A DNA stretch of 64,000 bases, taken from contig NC_090346.1 of assembly GCF_035084215.1 (NCBI RefSeq), positions 16,244,001 through 16,308,000 of the forward strand. Direction: 5' to 3'. The DNA is from Heptranchias perlo. Its lineage: Eukaryota. Under the pieces are notes generated by a model, which was not told the origin of the DNA, made no database searches, and was given only the letters and a program-made list of their open reading frames with translations. Of this stretch, positions 14,701-34,390 are shown piece after piece. The translations under genes and the position numbers were made by a program. Numbering within the stretch: position 1 is the stretch's first letter; each line of letters starts with the position of its first letter.

Positions 14701-17700
14701 GATTTGTATCTTAACTCCATTTACTTGTCTTGGTTCCATATTCCTTAATACCCTTGCCGTAAAAATATCTACCAATTTCAGTTTTGAAATTTTCAATTGA
14801 CCCCTGGCCTCAACAGTTTTTTTGGGGGAAGAGTGTTCCAAATTTCCACTCCCCTTTGTGTGAAGAAGTGCTTCCTGACATCACCCCTGAATGGCCTGGC
14901 TCTAATTTTAAGGTTATACCCCCCTTTTTCCAACTCTCCCACCAGAGGAAATAGTTTCTCTATCTACCCTTTCAAATCCTTTAATCATCTTAAAACACCT
15001 AATTATATCACCCCTTAATCTTCCATACTCGAGGGAATACAAGCCTGGTCTATACAACCTGTCCTCATAATTTAACCTTTTTAGCCCCGGTATCACTCTG
15101 GAGAATCTGCACTGCCAATCCCTCCAAGGCCAATATATCTTTCCTGAGGTGGGGTGCCCAGAACTGAGCGCAGTACTCCAGATGTGGTTGAACCAGACAA
15201 AATGTAAACTTCAAATTTACTGTCTCAAGTGCTGAAGACTGTTGGGAGTCCAACTTTAAGGAGTCTCACTTAGTCTGCCACTAACAGAGGTGCTACCCAA
15301 CTTACTGGGGAGCTGCAGCTCAGCCTGCATACTCAACACAGAATAGCTTTACGACTATTACAGGTCGTACATGCATATATCTATATTTAATGCGCACAAA
15401 GAATAAAGAACTCGTACGGCGTGGGTACAGTTTATACATATCTGGCCCGATTAAGCACTCCCAACAGCATGAAGATGAACCTACACTATGATGTATGTTT
15501 GTCCTACCTCTGCCTAACTACGTGAGTTCAGAAGGATTCCTAACTTGGCAAACAGAGAAAAAGGGAAATATTAGGCCTTTAAAAAAAAATAACCAATGTA
15601 TTTTGATTAGAACATTAAGCCCTCCTGCTTTAGGAATAGTCAAGCCGTCTTACTTTGTGGGGTGGTTGCCTCGATGTTTTCTGTAGCTTGTTTACTGACC
15701 AGGTCGTCCTGTAAATGTGGATTTTCACAGTGCCCTGAATCCCAATTGTCAGTCTCCACCTGAGTTTCCACAGTACAGTCAACCCGATCATGCTGGGAAG
15801 GAAGAAGTGATTTCCTCAACACCTCGGATCTCAGCTTCTCTTTAAGTCGACCGTACTCCTCATCAGGCAGGTCAAAATCCTGGACCTCCAGGCTGTGAAA
15901 CAGCCTTTTGACAACAGGCTTTTTAACAGGGAGTGTTGGTTCTGAGCACGTCAGTGTCTCATCTTCAAGTTGCGTGGTAAGCTTCCTGGAGCCAGCACGT
16001 GTTCTACGATAGCCATTACCTATTGGGAAAACACAAATCCCAATACATCAGCAACCTCAAAAGTTTATCCATAATGGGCCTTCCACATTCACAGGAGAAG
16101 TTAGGCAAACCATTAATAGGTCAAAGTAAATCTACAAGTCAGAGGTAAGCACTACATCCCAAGTTTTCATTTACAGGGCAGCTGCATGGAGCATCTGCCC
16201 GTCTACAGTGCAGACTGAATGAGGGCAACATGATCCCTTTACAATAGGATTAGTCCACGGGACTGGGATCAATGCTCATTCTGAGATCTATTATAGAACA
16301 GTGGATAGCTCCAGTCTCCAATCATTTAGATGTCCCTCCCTTATCTTTAAAAACCGTAAACCATTTCTTTTCATAATTGTAACCCTTCATAAAATTGTGA
16401 ATCTGCACTGCACCTTTTCATTGCTTTTAAATCCTTCCTAAAATAGAGTTCCCAAAATAGTACAAAATACTCCAACTGCAGCCTGTCTTGTACATTTAAC
16501 TCTACTTGCTTACTTTTGTATTCTTTACCTCTAGATATAAAACCAAGACTTTTTTACAACCTTATCTACTTGTGCTACCACCTGTGTATCTGCACACCAA
16601 CGTTCCTCTGCTCCCTGCATTGAACAGCATGTCACTTATTTGCCCATCCTGTTAAGCTATCTATGCCCTCCTGCAGTTTTCCACAATTTTCCATATCCCC
16701 CAATTTAGTATCATCAGCAAATATTGATTTTGTTCCCTCAATTCCTGACCAGATCATTTATGTACACAGTAAATAAGAGCAGCTTCAACACAGGACACCG
16801 CTCCTCAAACCATTCCATTCCAACAAACTTCCTTTTACCTTTACCCCTTCTCCCTTTCTTTCTGCTCTCCAATCATCTCTCTATGTGGCCACTTCCTCTT
16901 AATTCTATTTGCTATTAACTTTGCCACAAGTCTACTTACTTATGTGATACCTTAGCATGATGGTAGAAATAAAACAGAGAGATGAGATACCTTAAATAAT
17001 CCACTCACTACATTGACTGTGCATTCATTTGACCTTTAGGCTCCTGATGAGGTTCTGCATGAACTGTTGGATTGCTACACACATTCCAAAAAATATTTTA
17101 TTTATATATTCGTATTTTGCACATCTGCAGTTTTTTTCTCGAATGACTCATTCAATTAACCCTTTGTGATACAGTGGTTAAAGATCAGCGTTTCTGATTT
17201 TTATTTTAAAAACAGTTTTATTGCAGTAGCATTTTACTGAAGATAGAAGCAAAAAAAAAAAATCAACCTTTAAGGGTCAAGTAGTACACAGACACTCAAC
17301 TTGGGGACTAATTAGATGGCAATAATACACGTTTAACCCCTTAAACACCACCATGATGCTGCTCGTTGCCCAATGGTAGATCATTGCATACTCTCTGGTC
17401 TTACTTACCAGCTGCCACCCCCATCTCCATTACATTTCCCTACATTACAACGGTGACTACACTTCAAAAAGTACTTCCATTGGCTGTGAAGCATTTTGGG
17501 ACCTCCTGAGGTTGTGAAAGGCACTATATAAATGCATGTTCTTTCTTTCCTTCTCCTAAATAAACATGCTTTACCCACTCTTAACTGTAATGTCAGCACT
17601 TAGAATGAATCAATCCTGAGACCTGCCATCAAAGCTAGTAAAATTCAACAGTACACAAGTTCACTCAGTACTCACCTTTCGGAAGCCTCACCCTCCTTCT

Positions 17701-20700
17701 GGGCTGCGAGACTTGTGACTGAGTTTCCTCTCTGTCTGAGTCAATCCTCCACTCAAACGATTGCCGTGTACCACTCAAACTCTTCTTCAACGAGATACCA
17801 ACAGAGGGATCTTGCTGAGTCTCTGGGACCATTTCCTGACTGTCAGTATCACTGTTTAAGCCCGAGTGATGCTCTGGCACACTCAATTCCCCTTGTGCTG
17901 TTAGCAGATCACTCGGGACTTCTTTGAAAGGCCTTACATCATTGGTCTGGCTTTTGATAGAGTTTTGTAGTGGTTCCATAATGTGTTTGGGTTTATTCTG
18001 AGACAGCTTGGAACTCTTGATATTAAAGTTGGTAATGTTTGAAAAGTCATAACCTTCACTCAAGTTTTTTACAGTATTTCCATGCAGTCCTTTAGTGTTG
18101 GGCACTGGCCGACAAATGTTACTTTCATTCCTGCCCTCTTTCTCACTCTGAACATCGGAAGTCACAGCATGCTGATCATCATCAGGAAGTCTGTGATCCG
18201 TTAAAGTCCACTCTGCAAGCTCCTGATCTTTAAATAATTCAGCATCAGCGAGCTTGGATTTTATAGATTCTCCACTGCCTCTTTTTCTCTCTTTCCCTCT
18301 GTTTGACTTAATACGCTGAGACTCAACACCAATATTGCAGGGGTCCTGAGAGTCAGGCTGTGTGGAAGCTTCATTGGACCCACCGACACATTCCTCCTGG
18401 CTGTTAAAAAGTAATAACGTGTCACTGATCTCTCCCTCAGCCTTGGAGGAGCCTTTTACAGGACTGTTTTGGTTACGAATGGACTTCCTAAACCTTCCTC
18501 TGCCACCATTTCTGGACTTTCCCAAGTGGCTGTAAATCACTGCGTCCAGGTCCACCCGTCGCTGACAGCTGGTCATGCGTCGAGTTGTCCGCACGTAGTA
18601 CTCGACAGGGAAGAGAAGTCCCTCAACAAGGGTACAAGAGTTCAGTGGGCTATCTGCTGGAGCTTCACATAAAGCAGTGCTGTTCTGCAGCCGACCTGGT
18701 TCGAACGCTACCACCTCACTTCTAAGGTTGCTCTCGGGGGCTCCAACGAGGACACTAGAGCAGTTTGGCTTTGCTTGCTGAAGACAGGTATCTTCAGTCA
18801 GTACCTCTGGGTCCCTCAAAATGGAAGCTTCATTTTCACACACAGGCACTCCTGTAGACTTGTCCCCAAGACTGCAGCAAACAGGATCAGTCACAGTTCT
18901 GCCCACGGGCACAGTCATGCAATCACCTTCCACTTCCTGGGCTCTGGTCTTTAAAGGCGCAGTGTCTTCTTCATCTTGAAGGGAACCATGGAATAATTTG
19001 TGGCATACATTCTCCTTTGCATCTCTACTGAGTGATTCAGACCCGTCGCTGTCCCTGTTAAAGACAGGAGATCCTGCATTCTCCTCATTACCAGCTGGAT
19101 CCAGTTCTTCTATTTTTCTAACACAGGGCTCTCCATCACCAGCCACCAATTCACCCACCTCACTGGCTGCTTCACACACCTCCCTTCTCTGTCCTTCAGA
19201 CGACCTCTTTTTCCTCAGTTTCAGGCGGCTCTGAACTCCACTGTCTATCTTTTTGATGGGGCCCTTTTCCGCAAATGGGGAAGCGGCAGTTTCTGCTGAA
19301 GGGCCGTCAACACTTTCACACGTGCTCGTCAAAGCCACGTTTGAGCAGCCGATGATGTCTATGACTTCTGGCTCAAGGTTAAAGGTCACCACTGGGACTT
19401 GGCTTCTGCGACACGAAGAGCTTGACTGATGTGTATCCAAAACTGGTGAGCCCTCGCCTTCTTAAAAAGGAGATTTAAGAAACACACATTGGACCCTGAT
19501 TTTTTTTCCTCAGGGGGTGGGGAGGGAGGGAGGAGGAGGCGAAAGGCGGCGGGGGGAGGGAGGGAGGAGGAGGCGAAAGGCGGCGGGGGGAGGGAGGGAG
19601 GAGGAGGCGAAAAGCGGCGGGGGGAGGGAGGGAGGAGGGAGGGAGGGAGGGGAGGGAGGAGAAAGAGGAAGCGAAAGGCGGTGGGGGGGGAGGGAGGAGG
19701 AGGAGAAGGAGGAAGCGAAAGGCGGCGCGGAGGGGGGGGGGGGGAGGGAGGGAGGAGACGGCGAAAGGGAGGGAGGGAGGAGGGGGGGGGGGGGGAGGGA
19801 GGGAGGAGAGACGGCGAAAGGGAGGGAGGGAGGAGGAGAGGTGGGGGTGGGTGGGAGGGGAAGAAAGGCCGAGGGAGGAAGGGGGGGGGGGGGGGGGGAG
19901 AATGGCCGAGGGAGGAAGGGGGGGGGGGGGAGAATGGCCGAGGGAGGAGGGGGGGGGGGGGGGGGGGGAATGGCCGAGGGAGGAAGGGGGGGGGGGGAAA
20001 AGAATGGCCGAGGGAGGCAGGGGGGGGAGAATGGCCGAGGGAGGAAGGGGGGGGAGAATGGCCGGGGGAGGAAGGGGGGGGGGGAGAATGGCCGGGGGAG
20101 GAAGGGGGGGAGAAAGGCCGGGGGAGGAGGTGGGGGAAGAAAGGCCGGGGAGGAGGTGGGGGGGGGGGGGGGGGGGGAAGAAAGGCCGGGGGAGGAGGTG
20201 GGGGGAAGAAAGGCCGGGGAGGGAGGTGGGGGGGAGGAAAGGCCGGGGGAGGAGGTGGGCGGGGGGAAGAAAGGCCGGGGGAGGAGGGGGGGGGGGGGGG
20301 GGAGAATGGCCGAGGGAGGAAGGGGGGGGGGGGGGGGGAATGGCCGTGGGAGGAAGGGGGGGGGGGAATGGCCGAGGGAGGAAGGCGGGGGGGGGGGGGG
20401 GAGAATGGCCGAGGGAGGGGGGGGGGGGGGGGGAGAATGGCCGAGGGAGGGGGGGGGGGGGGGGGAGAGAATGGCCGAAGGAGGAAGGGGGGGGGGGGGG
20501 GGGGGGGGGGGGATGGCCGAGGGAGGAAGGGGGGAATGGCCGAGGGAGGAAGGGGAGGGGGGGGGGGGGAATGGCCGAGGGAGGAAGGGGGGGGGGGGGG
20601 GGGGGGGAATGGCCGAGGGAGGAAGGGGGGGAGGGGGGGGGGGAATGGCCGAGGGAGGAAAGGGGGGGGGGGGGGGGGAGGAAATGGCCGGGGGAGGAAG

Positions 20701-22347
20701 GGGGGGGGGGGAATGGCCGAGGGAGGAANNNNNNNNNNNNNNNNNNNNNNNNNNNNNNNNNNNNNNNNNNNNNNNNNNNNNNNNNNNNNNNNNNNNNNNN
20801 NNNNNNNNNNNNNNNNNNNNNNNNNNNNNNNNNNNNNNNNNNNNNNNNNNNNNNNNNNNNNNNNNNNNNNNNNNNNNNNNNNNNNNNNNNNNNNNNNNNN
20901 NNNNNNNNNNNNNNNNNNNNNNNNNNNNACAATAATGGAGTTAGAATGGTTACAGCATGGAAGGAAGCCATTCGGCCCGTCAAGCCCATGGCAGCTCTCT
21001 ACAAGAGTAATCCAGCTAGTCCCACTCCCCCGCCCTTTTCCCGTAGCCCTACAATTATCCAATTCCAGTTGTTGATTAATCATTGTAAACAATTTTACAA
21101 CACCAAGTTATAGTCCAGCAATTTTATTTGAAATTCACAAGCTTTCGGAGGCTTCCTCCTTCCTCAGGTGAACGTTGTTGGAAATGAAATCCTCGAAATG
21201 AAATCATATTTATCAATCACAGAACAATGCTTGGTGATTACAGACAGTTTTTTCAACTGCCCGTTGCCAAGGCAATCAGTGTGCAGACAGACAGGTGTTA
21301 CCTGCAAGGTCTCCGAATATACAAATCACCAAAAAAAAAGAGATAGAAAGGTAGAAACATAGAAAAGACAGCAACTGACCCGTTATATTAAAAACAGATA
21401 ACATTTGTTCGCTGGTGGGGTAACGTGTAGCGTGACATGAACCCAAGATCCCGGTTGAGGCCGTCCTCATGGGTGCGGAACTTGGCTATCAATTTCTGTT
21501 CGAAATTGATAGCCAAGTTCCGCAACCATGAGGACGGCCTCAACCGGGATCTTGGGTTCATGTCACGCTACACGTTACCCCACCAGCGAACAAATGTTAT
21601 CTGTTTTTAATATAACGGGTCAGTTGCTGTCTTTTCTATGTTTCTACCTCTCTATCTCTGTTTTTTTTGTTTTTTTTTGGTGATTTGTATATTCGGAGAC
21701 CTTGCAGGTAACACCTGTCTGTCTGCACACTGATTGCCTTGGCAACGGGCAGTTGAAAAAACTGTCTGTAATCACCAAGCATTGTTCTGTGATTTATAAA
21801 TGCGATTTCATTTCGAGGATTTCATTTCCAACAACGTTCACCTGAGGAAGGAGGAAGCCTCCGAAAGCTTGTGAATTTCAAATAAAATTGCTGGACTATA
21901 ACTTGGTGTTGTAAAATTGTTTACAATTGTCAACCCCAGTCCATCACCGGCATCTCCACATCTTGATTAATCATGGCAATCAATCTCTATCAACTAGTCT
22001 CCAACAGACCCAGAGGTGAGGAAAATCCCCAGTGGTGGAGTTTTGGGAACTACAGGTCTAAAGTCACCCGTTCCTCCCGAGCCTGTTACACTCACCACGT
22101 CATGTCTCGAAGTACTCCTATACAAGTGTTATGTTGTGCAACGGGACATTTACCTGTAATTTATACACTGTCTTTGCATATTCTTTCTTCAGCAGGGCCA
22201 ACCTTTCTTTGAGCTGTAGATGAAATAAATAATTAATTGAGCCCACACTGTTTTGCCGTGAATGAGATAGGAGAGCTGGCAGTGTCGGTTCCGCTTTACC
22301 TGCTCCCTCGCTTCCCAGCTCAGGGGCTTTTTCACACTGTTCTCCAT
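2524..22347 (-). CDS. PALB2: Partner and localizer of BRCA2 (spliced gene; one internal exon not present in the assembly)
   Basis: GT-AG exons read by hand: 22347-22300, 22213-22154, [missing], 19460-17676, 16019-15654, 12862-12282, 11649-11560, 10286-10125, 8986-8901, 7283-7125, 6199-6083, 4615-4528, 3327-3170, 2755-2524. Coiled coil [20 protein letters not shown]; ChAM motif [17 protein letters not shown]; MRG15-type [12 protein letters not shown]; C-terminal WD40 exons; head-to-head with DCTN5 as in human. Confidence 0.96.
3170..3327 (-). CDS. PALB2: PALB2 WD40 exon
   Basis: 158 nt; GILFVLLSH...[19 protein letters not shown]. Confidence 0.92.
3560..3712. mobile_element. Decayed Penelope-derived palindrome
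   Basis: Inverted pair 3567-3601 and 3606-3639 of a degenerate (C/T)TGAnnA-AGGAT..GATA.CT-GAAA..TTAACC motif; tail resembles the 37.2-kb element. Confidence 0.5.
4528..4615 (-). CDS. PALB2: PALB2 WD40 exon
   Basis: 88 nt; [29 protein letters not shown]. Confidence 0.93.
4815..5250 (-). mobile_element. DeuSINE, diverged
   Basis: cacagcaagaccccattaacagc...aacgtctcatccgaaggacagcacct blocks. Confidence 0.65.
6083..6199 (-). CDS. PALB2: PALB2 WD40 exon
   Basis: 117 nt; [33 protein letters not shown]. Confidence 0.93.
7125..7283 (-). CDS. PALB2: PALB2 WD40 exon
   Basis: 159 nt, phase 2-2; [23 protein letters not shown]. Confidence 0.9.
7533..7720 (+). repeat. Degenerate ~63-bp tandem repeat, ~3 copies
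   Basis: cactcccag..caggt.tagcac.gg...gat..agag.aaagctc unit. Confidence 0.65.
7820..8058 (+). mobile_element. CR1 LINE 3' fragment
   Basis: Similar to 39990-40217; ends in the ccattctatgattcta tail. Confidence 0.75.
8901..8986 (-). CDS. PALB2: PALB2 WD40 exon
   Basis: 86 nt; [28 protein letters not shown]. Confidence 0.92.
10125..10286 (-). CDS. PALB2: PALB2 WD40 exon
   Basis: 162 nt; [15 protein letters not shown]...[10 protein letters not shown]...HTWAFDK|gtatgg. Confidence 0.92.
10525..10962 (-). mobile_element. CR1 LINE RT fragment
   Basis: [38 protein letters not shown]; frameshifted. Confidence 0.85.
11560..11649 (-). CDS. PALB2: PALB2 exon, start of WD40 region
   Basis: tttgtag|[30 protein letters not shown]|gttagt, 90 nt. 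Confidence 0.85.
12282..12862 (-). CDS. PALB2: PALB2 exon (second half of human exon 5 equivalent)
   Basis: cacccag|AG...GAG|gtaaaa, phase 1-0; [15 protein letters not shown] resembles human SPAFPILGTTPAFG. Confidence 0.82.
13236..14645 (-). mobile_element. CR1 LINE, RT to 3' end, degenerate
   Basis: [38 protein letters not shown] in broken frames. Confidence 0.9.
14646..15200 (-). mobile_element. CR1 LINE 3' fragment abutting the preceding copy
   Basis: [24 protein letters not shown]; CR1 3'UTR. Confidence 0.8.
15654..16019 (-). CDS. PALB2: PALB2 exon with MRG15-binding FxLP motif
   Basis: ccaatag|GT...A|gtaaga, phase 1-1; [16 protein letters not shown]. Confidence 0.88.
17676..19460 (-). 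CDS. PALB2: PALB2 large exon (human exon 4 equivalent) containing the ChAM motif
   Basis: 591-aa ORF; tttttaag| acceptor (phase 1), G|gtgagt donor; [39 protein letters not shown]. Confidence 0.93.
19513..20728 (+). repeat. G-rich polypurine tandem repeat (GAATGGCCGAGGGAGGAAG(G)n and GGAGG/GCGAAAGGCGG units)
   Basis: Seen directly; runs into the N gap. Confidence 0.95.
20729..20928. other. Assembly gap (200 N)
   Basis: Run of n. Confidence 1.
21134..21172 (-). ncRNA. Minimal hammerhead ribozyme motif, second copy (sense to PALB2 pre-mRNA)
   Basis: Exact reverse complement of 21837-21875. Confidence 0.78.
21837..21875 (+). ncRNA. Minimal type-I hammerhead ribozyme motif (Penelope type)
   Basis: TTCAC-CTGAGGA-A-GGAGG-AAG-CCTCC-GAAA-GCTT-GTGAA: stem I, CUGANGA core, stem II, GAAA, short palindromic stem III. 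Confidence 0.78.
22154..22213 (-). CDS. PALB2: PALB2 exon 2, BRCA1-binding coiled coil
   Basis: 60 nt, ctacag|...CAG|gtaaat; [20 protein letters not shown] with L21, L24, Y28 and L35 equivalents conserved. Confidence 0.95.
22300..22347 (-). CDS. PALB2: PALB2 coding exon 1 ([16 protein letters not shown])
   Basis: 48 nt, aaaATGG Kozak context, CAG|gtaaag donor; resembles human MDEPPGKPLSCEEKEK. Confidence 0.9.
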
Positions 22348-22817
22348 TTTGAGCTTGAGGCTGGTGGGTGCCATTAGTGCGGGTTCATGTGAAGAAGCAG
22401 ACCAGCCGCCATTGCTCACACGGTGCGAGGCCGCCCGCATGAAGCGGACTCCAATCTCCCGCCAATTCTAACCAATCCGCGCTCACTCTCACCGCTCGCC
22501 CCGCCCCCTCCGTCACCCAACCGGAGGGGGCGGCAACGGTAGTACGCGCCGCGATTGGTCACTTCAAACGTCAATCATTAAAGGTCCCCCCCCACTATAT
22601 TTTAAATTGCACATTAATTTTAATACTTTAAATAAAATATTAGACTATTTATTGAGAATTACATTTTACGAAGAAAAGCGAAAGGAAACACGGTGGACAT
22701 TTTATTTTTATTCCGGCCTTTCAGCTCGACGCCGGTGAATTTGTTCCGGAAATGCCCTTTGTTTCCGGGTGAGAGTTCACGAGGGGCGCGGTCGCCCCGA
22801 CAACGGAGTGAGGCGCG
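22348..22817. promoter_or_regulatory. Bidirectional promoter shared by PALB2 and DCTN5
   Basis: 470 bp between divergent ATGs; CpG-rich flanks, several CCAAT/ATTGG boxes, GC boxes (ccccgcccc, gggggcgg) and ETS-like TTCCGG/CCGGAA motifs near DCTN5. Confidence 0.8.
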
Positions 22818-32959
<10,142 letters not shown>

Positions 32960-33484
32960 GACGTGCCTTTTCTCCAGAACACTACGAGGTACAGGTACTG
33001 CTTGGGGAGGGGAGGGGACCTGTATTAGTAAAACTCTAGCTCTATATGGAAGCTTGCAAACACCTGGGTGCATAATGAGTGCAAGACCAGAGTTTAGTAT
33101 TTAAGCTGCTGCTGTTATATAGCGACATCTCAAGTCCTGGCCAGAATGGAGATGATTGACGGGGGAATTAACCAATCACTCCTGGAGACCGCACTGCTGT
33201 AAGTGACTGGGATTGATTTTATGCACATAATTTATATTATGTAACTATCCTCCACTCACTGCATTTTGCTGGAGAAATAATCCTGCTTTTATCGGGAGAC
33301 TTTGCTGTAGTTTGAGTAAATTAAAACCACAAGTCCCGCCCTGCCTCCAACTCACTGGCTGATATTCACTCTGGCTGAGATCTCTCTCCAGCCCCCTCGG
33401 GCCTCAGTCTCCAGGGGACATTTGAGGTTTGGGGCCTTCAGATCCCAGCTTTGTCTGTGCTGGCTGAATCCAGCAGCTTTCATT

Positions 33485-33825
33485 GATTCCCTTAGAGTCC
33501 AAAAATCTATCCATCTCAGCCTTGAATAAACTCAACTGAGCATCCACAGCCCTATGGGGTAGAGAATTCCAAAAATTTATACCCCTGAGTGAAGAAATTT
33601 CTCCTCATCTCAGTCTTAAATGGCCAACCCCTTATCCTGAGACTATGAGCCCCAGTTCTAGACTCTCCAGCCAGGGGAAACAGCCTCTCAGCATCTACCC
33701 TGTCAAGCCCTCTCAAAATCTTTCAATGAGATCACCTCTCATTCTTCTAAACTCCAGAGAGTATAGGCCCATTCTACTCAATCTCTCCTCATAGGACAAT
33801 CCTCTCATCCCAGGAATCAATCTAG
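33485..33825 (-). mobile_element. CR1 LINE 3' fragment
   Basis: Similar to 13360-13680. Confidence 0.75.
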
Positions 33826-34235
33826 TTAGTCGGTAGCACTCTTCCCCCGCTGGCTCAGAAGGGTTCGAATTGCACTAGGACTTGAGCACATAATCACGGC
33901 TGGCATTCTGGTGCAGTACTGAGGGAATGCTGCCCTGTCAGAGGCGCCGTCTTGCAGATGAGACGTTAAACCGAGGCCTTGTCTTTCTGTTCAACCCATA
34001 TTAAAGGTCCCAGATCCCATGGCACTATTTGTAGAAGTGTCCCGACCAACATTCTTCCCTCAAACAGAACCTCCAAAGAAGATACATTAACTGATCATTC
34101 ATCTCAATAATATATGTGGGATCTTGCTTTGTGCAAAATTATTGCAGCATTTATCTACGTAACATTGACTCTGGTGCATAGTAATTCACTATCTGTGAGG
34201 CGCGCTGGGAAGTTTCTAATAAAATGCTGTATTAA
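33826..34235 (+). mobile_element. DeuSINE, diverged
   Basis: gcagtactgagggaatgctg...gatgagacgttaaaccgagg...tgggatcttgct. Confidence 0.65.
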
Positions 34236-34277
34236 ACACACTGAACTAGTGCTCTAATACCCACCCGCACACACCTA

Positions 34278-34390
34278 CACACACCGTTCCCACCCTTTAA
34301 TCCCCCATCCCACACACACCGTTCCCACCCTTTAATCCCCCATCCCACACACACACCGTTCCCACCCTTTAATCCCCCATCCCACACACA
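34278..34390 (+). repeat. Short tandem repeat, 3 x ~35-37 bp
   Basis: cacacaccgttcccaccctttaatcccccatcc repeated three times. Confidence 0.9.

Larger units (their letters stand above)
21072..21974. mobile_element. Penelope-like element: inverted pair of 3' ends (pseudo-LTRs) with target-site duplication
   Basis: Arms ~21082-21496 and 21502-21927 are near-perfect reverse complements; each encodes a GIY-YIG-type C-terminus ([23 protein letters not shown]) and a hammerhead motif; 35-nt unpaired tail 21928-21962; direct repeat TTGATTAATCAT at 21072 and 21963. Confidence 0.88.

Noticed and set aside
19386-21113. Pro-rich and Gly-rich ORFs of 420-568 aa (extensin- or formin-like)
   Set aside because: Translation of a G-rich repeat across an N gap inside a PALB2 intron.
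22096-22117. AG/GT-flanked 22-nt micro-exon as a substitute PALB2 exon 3
   Set aside because: Right length class (3n+1) but contains an in-frame TGA (GAG TAC TTC GAG ACA TGA).
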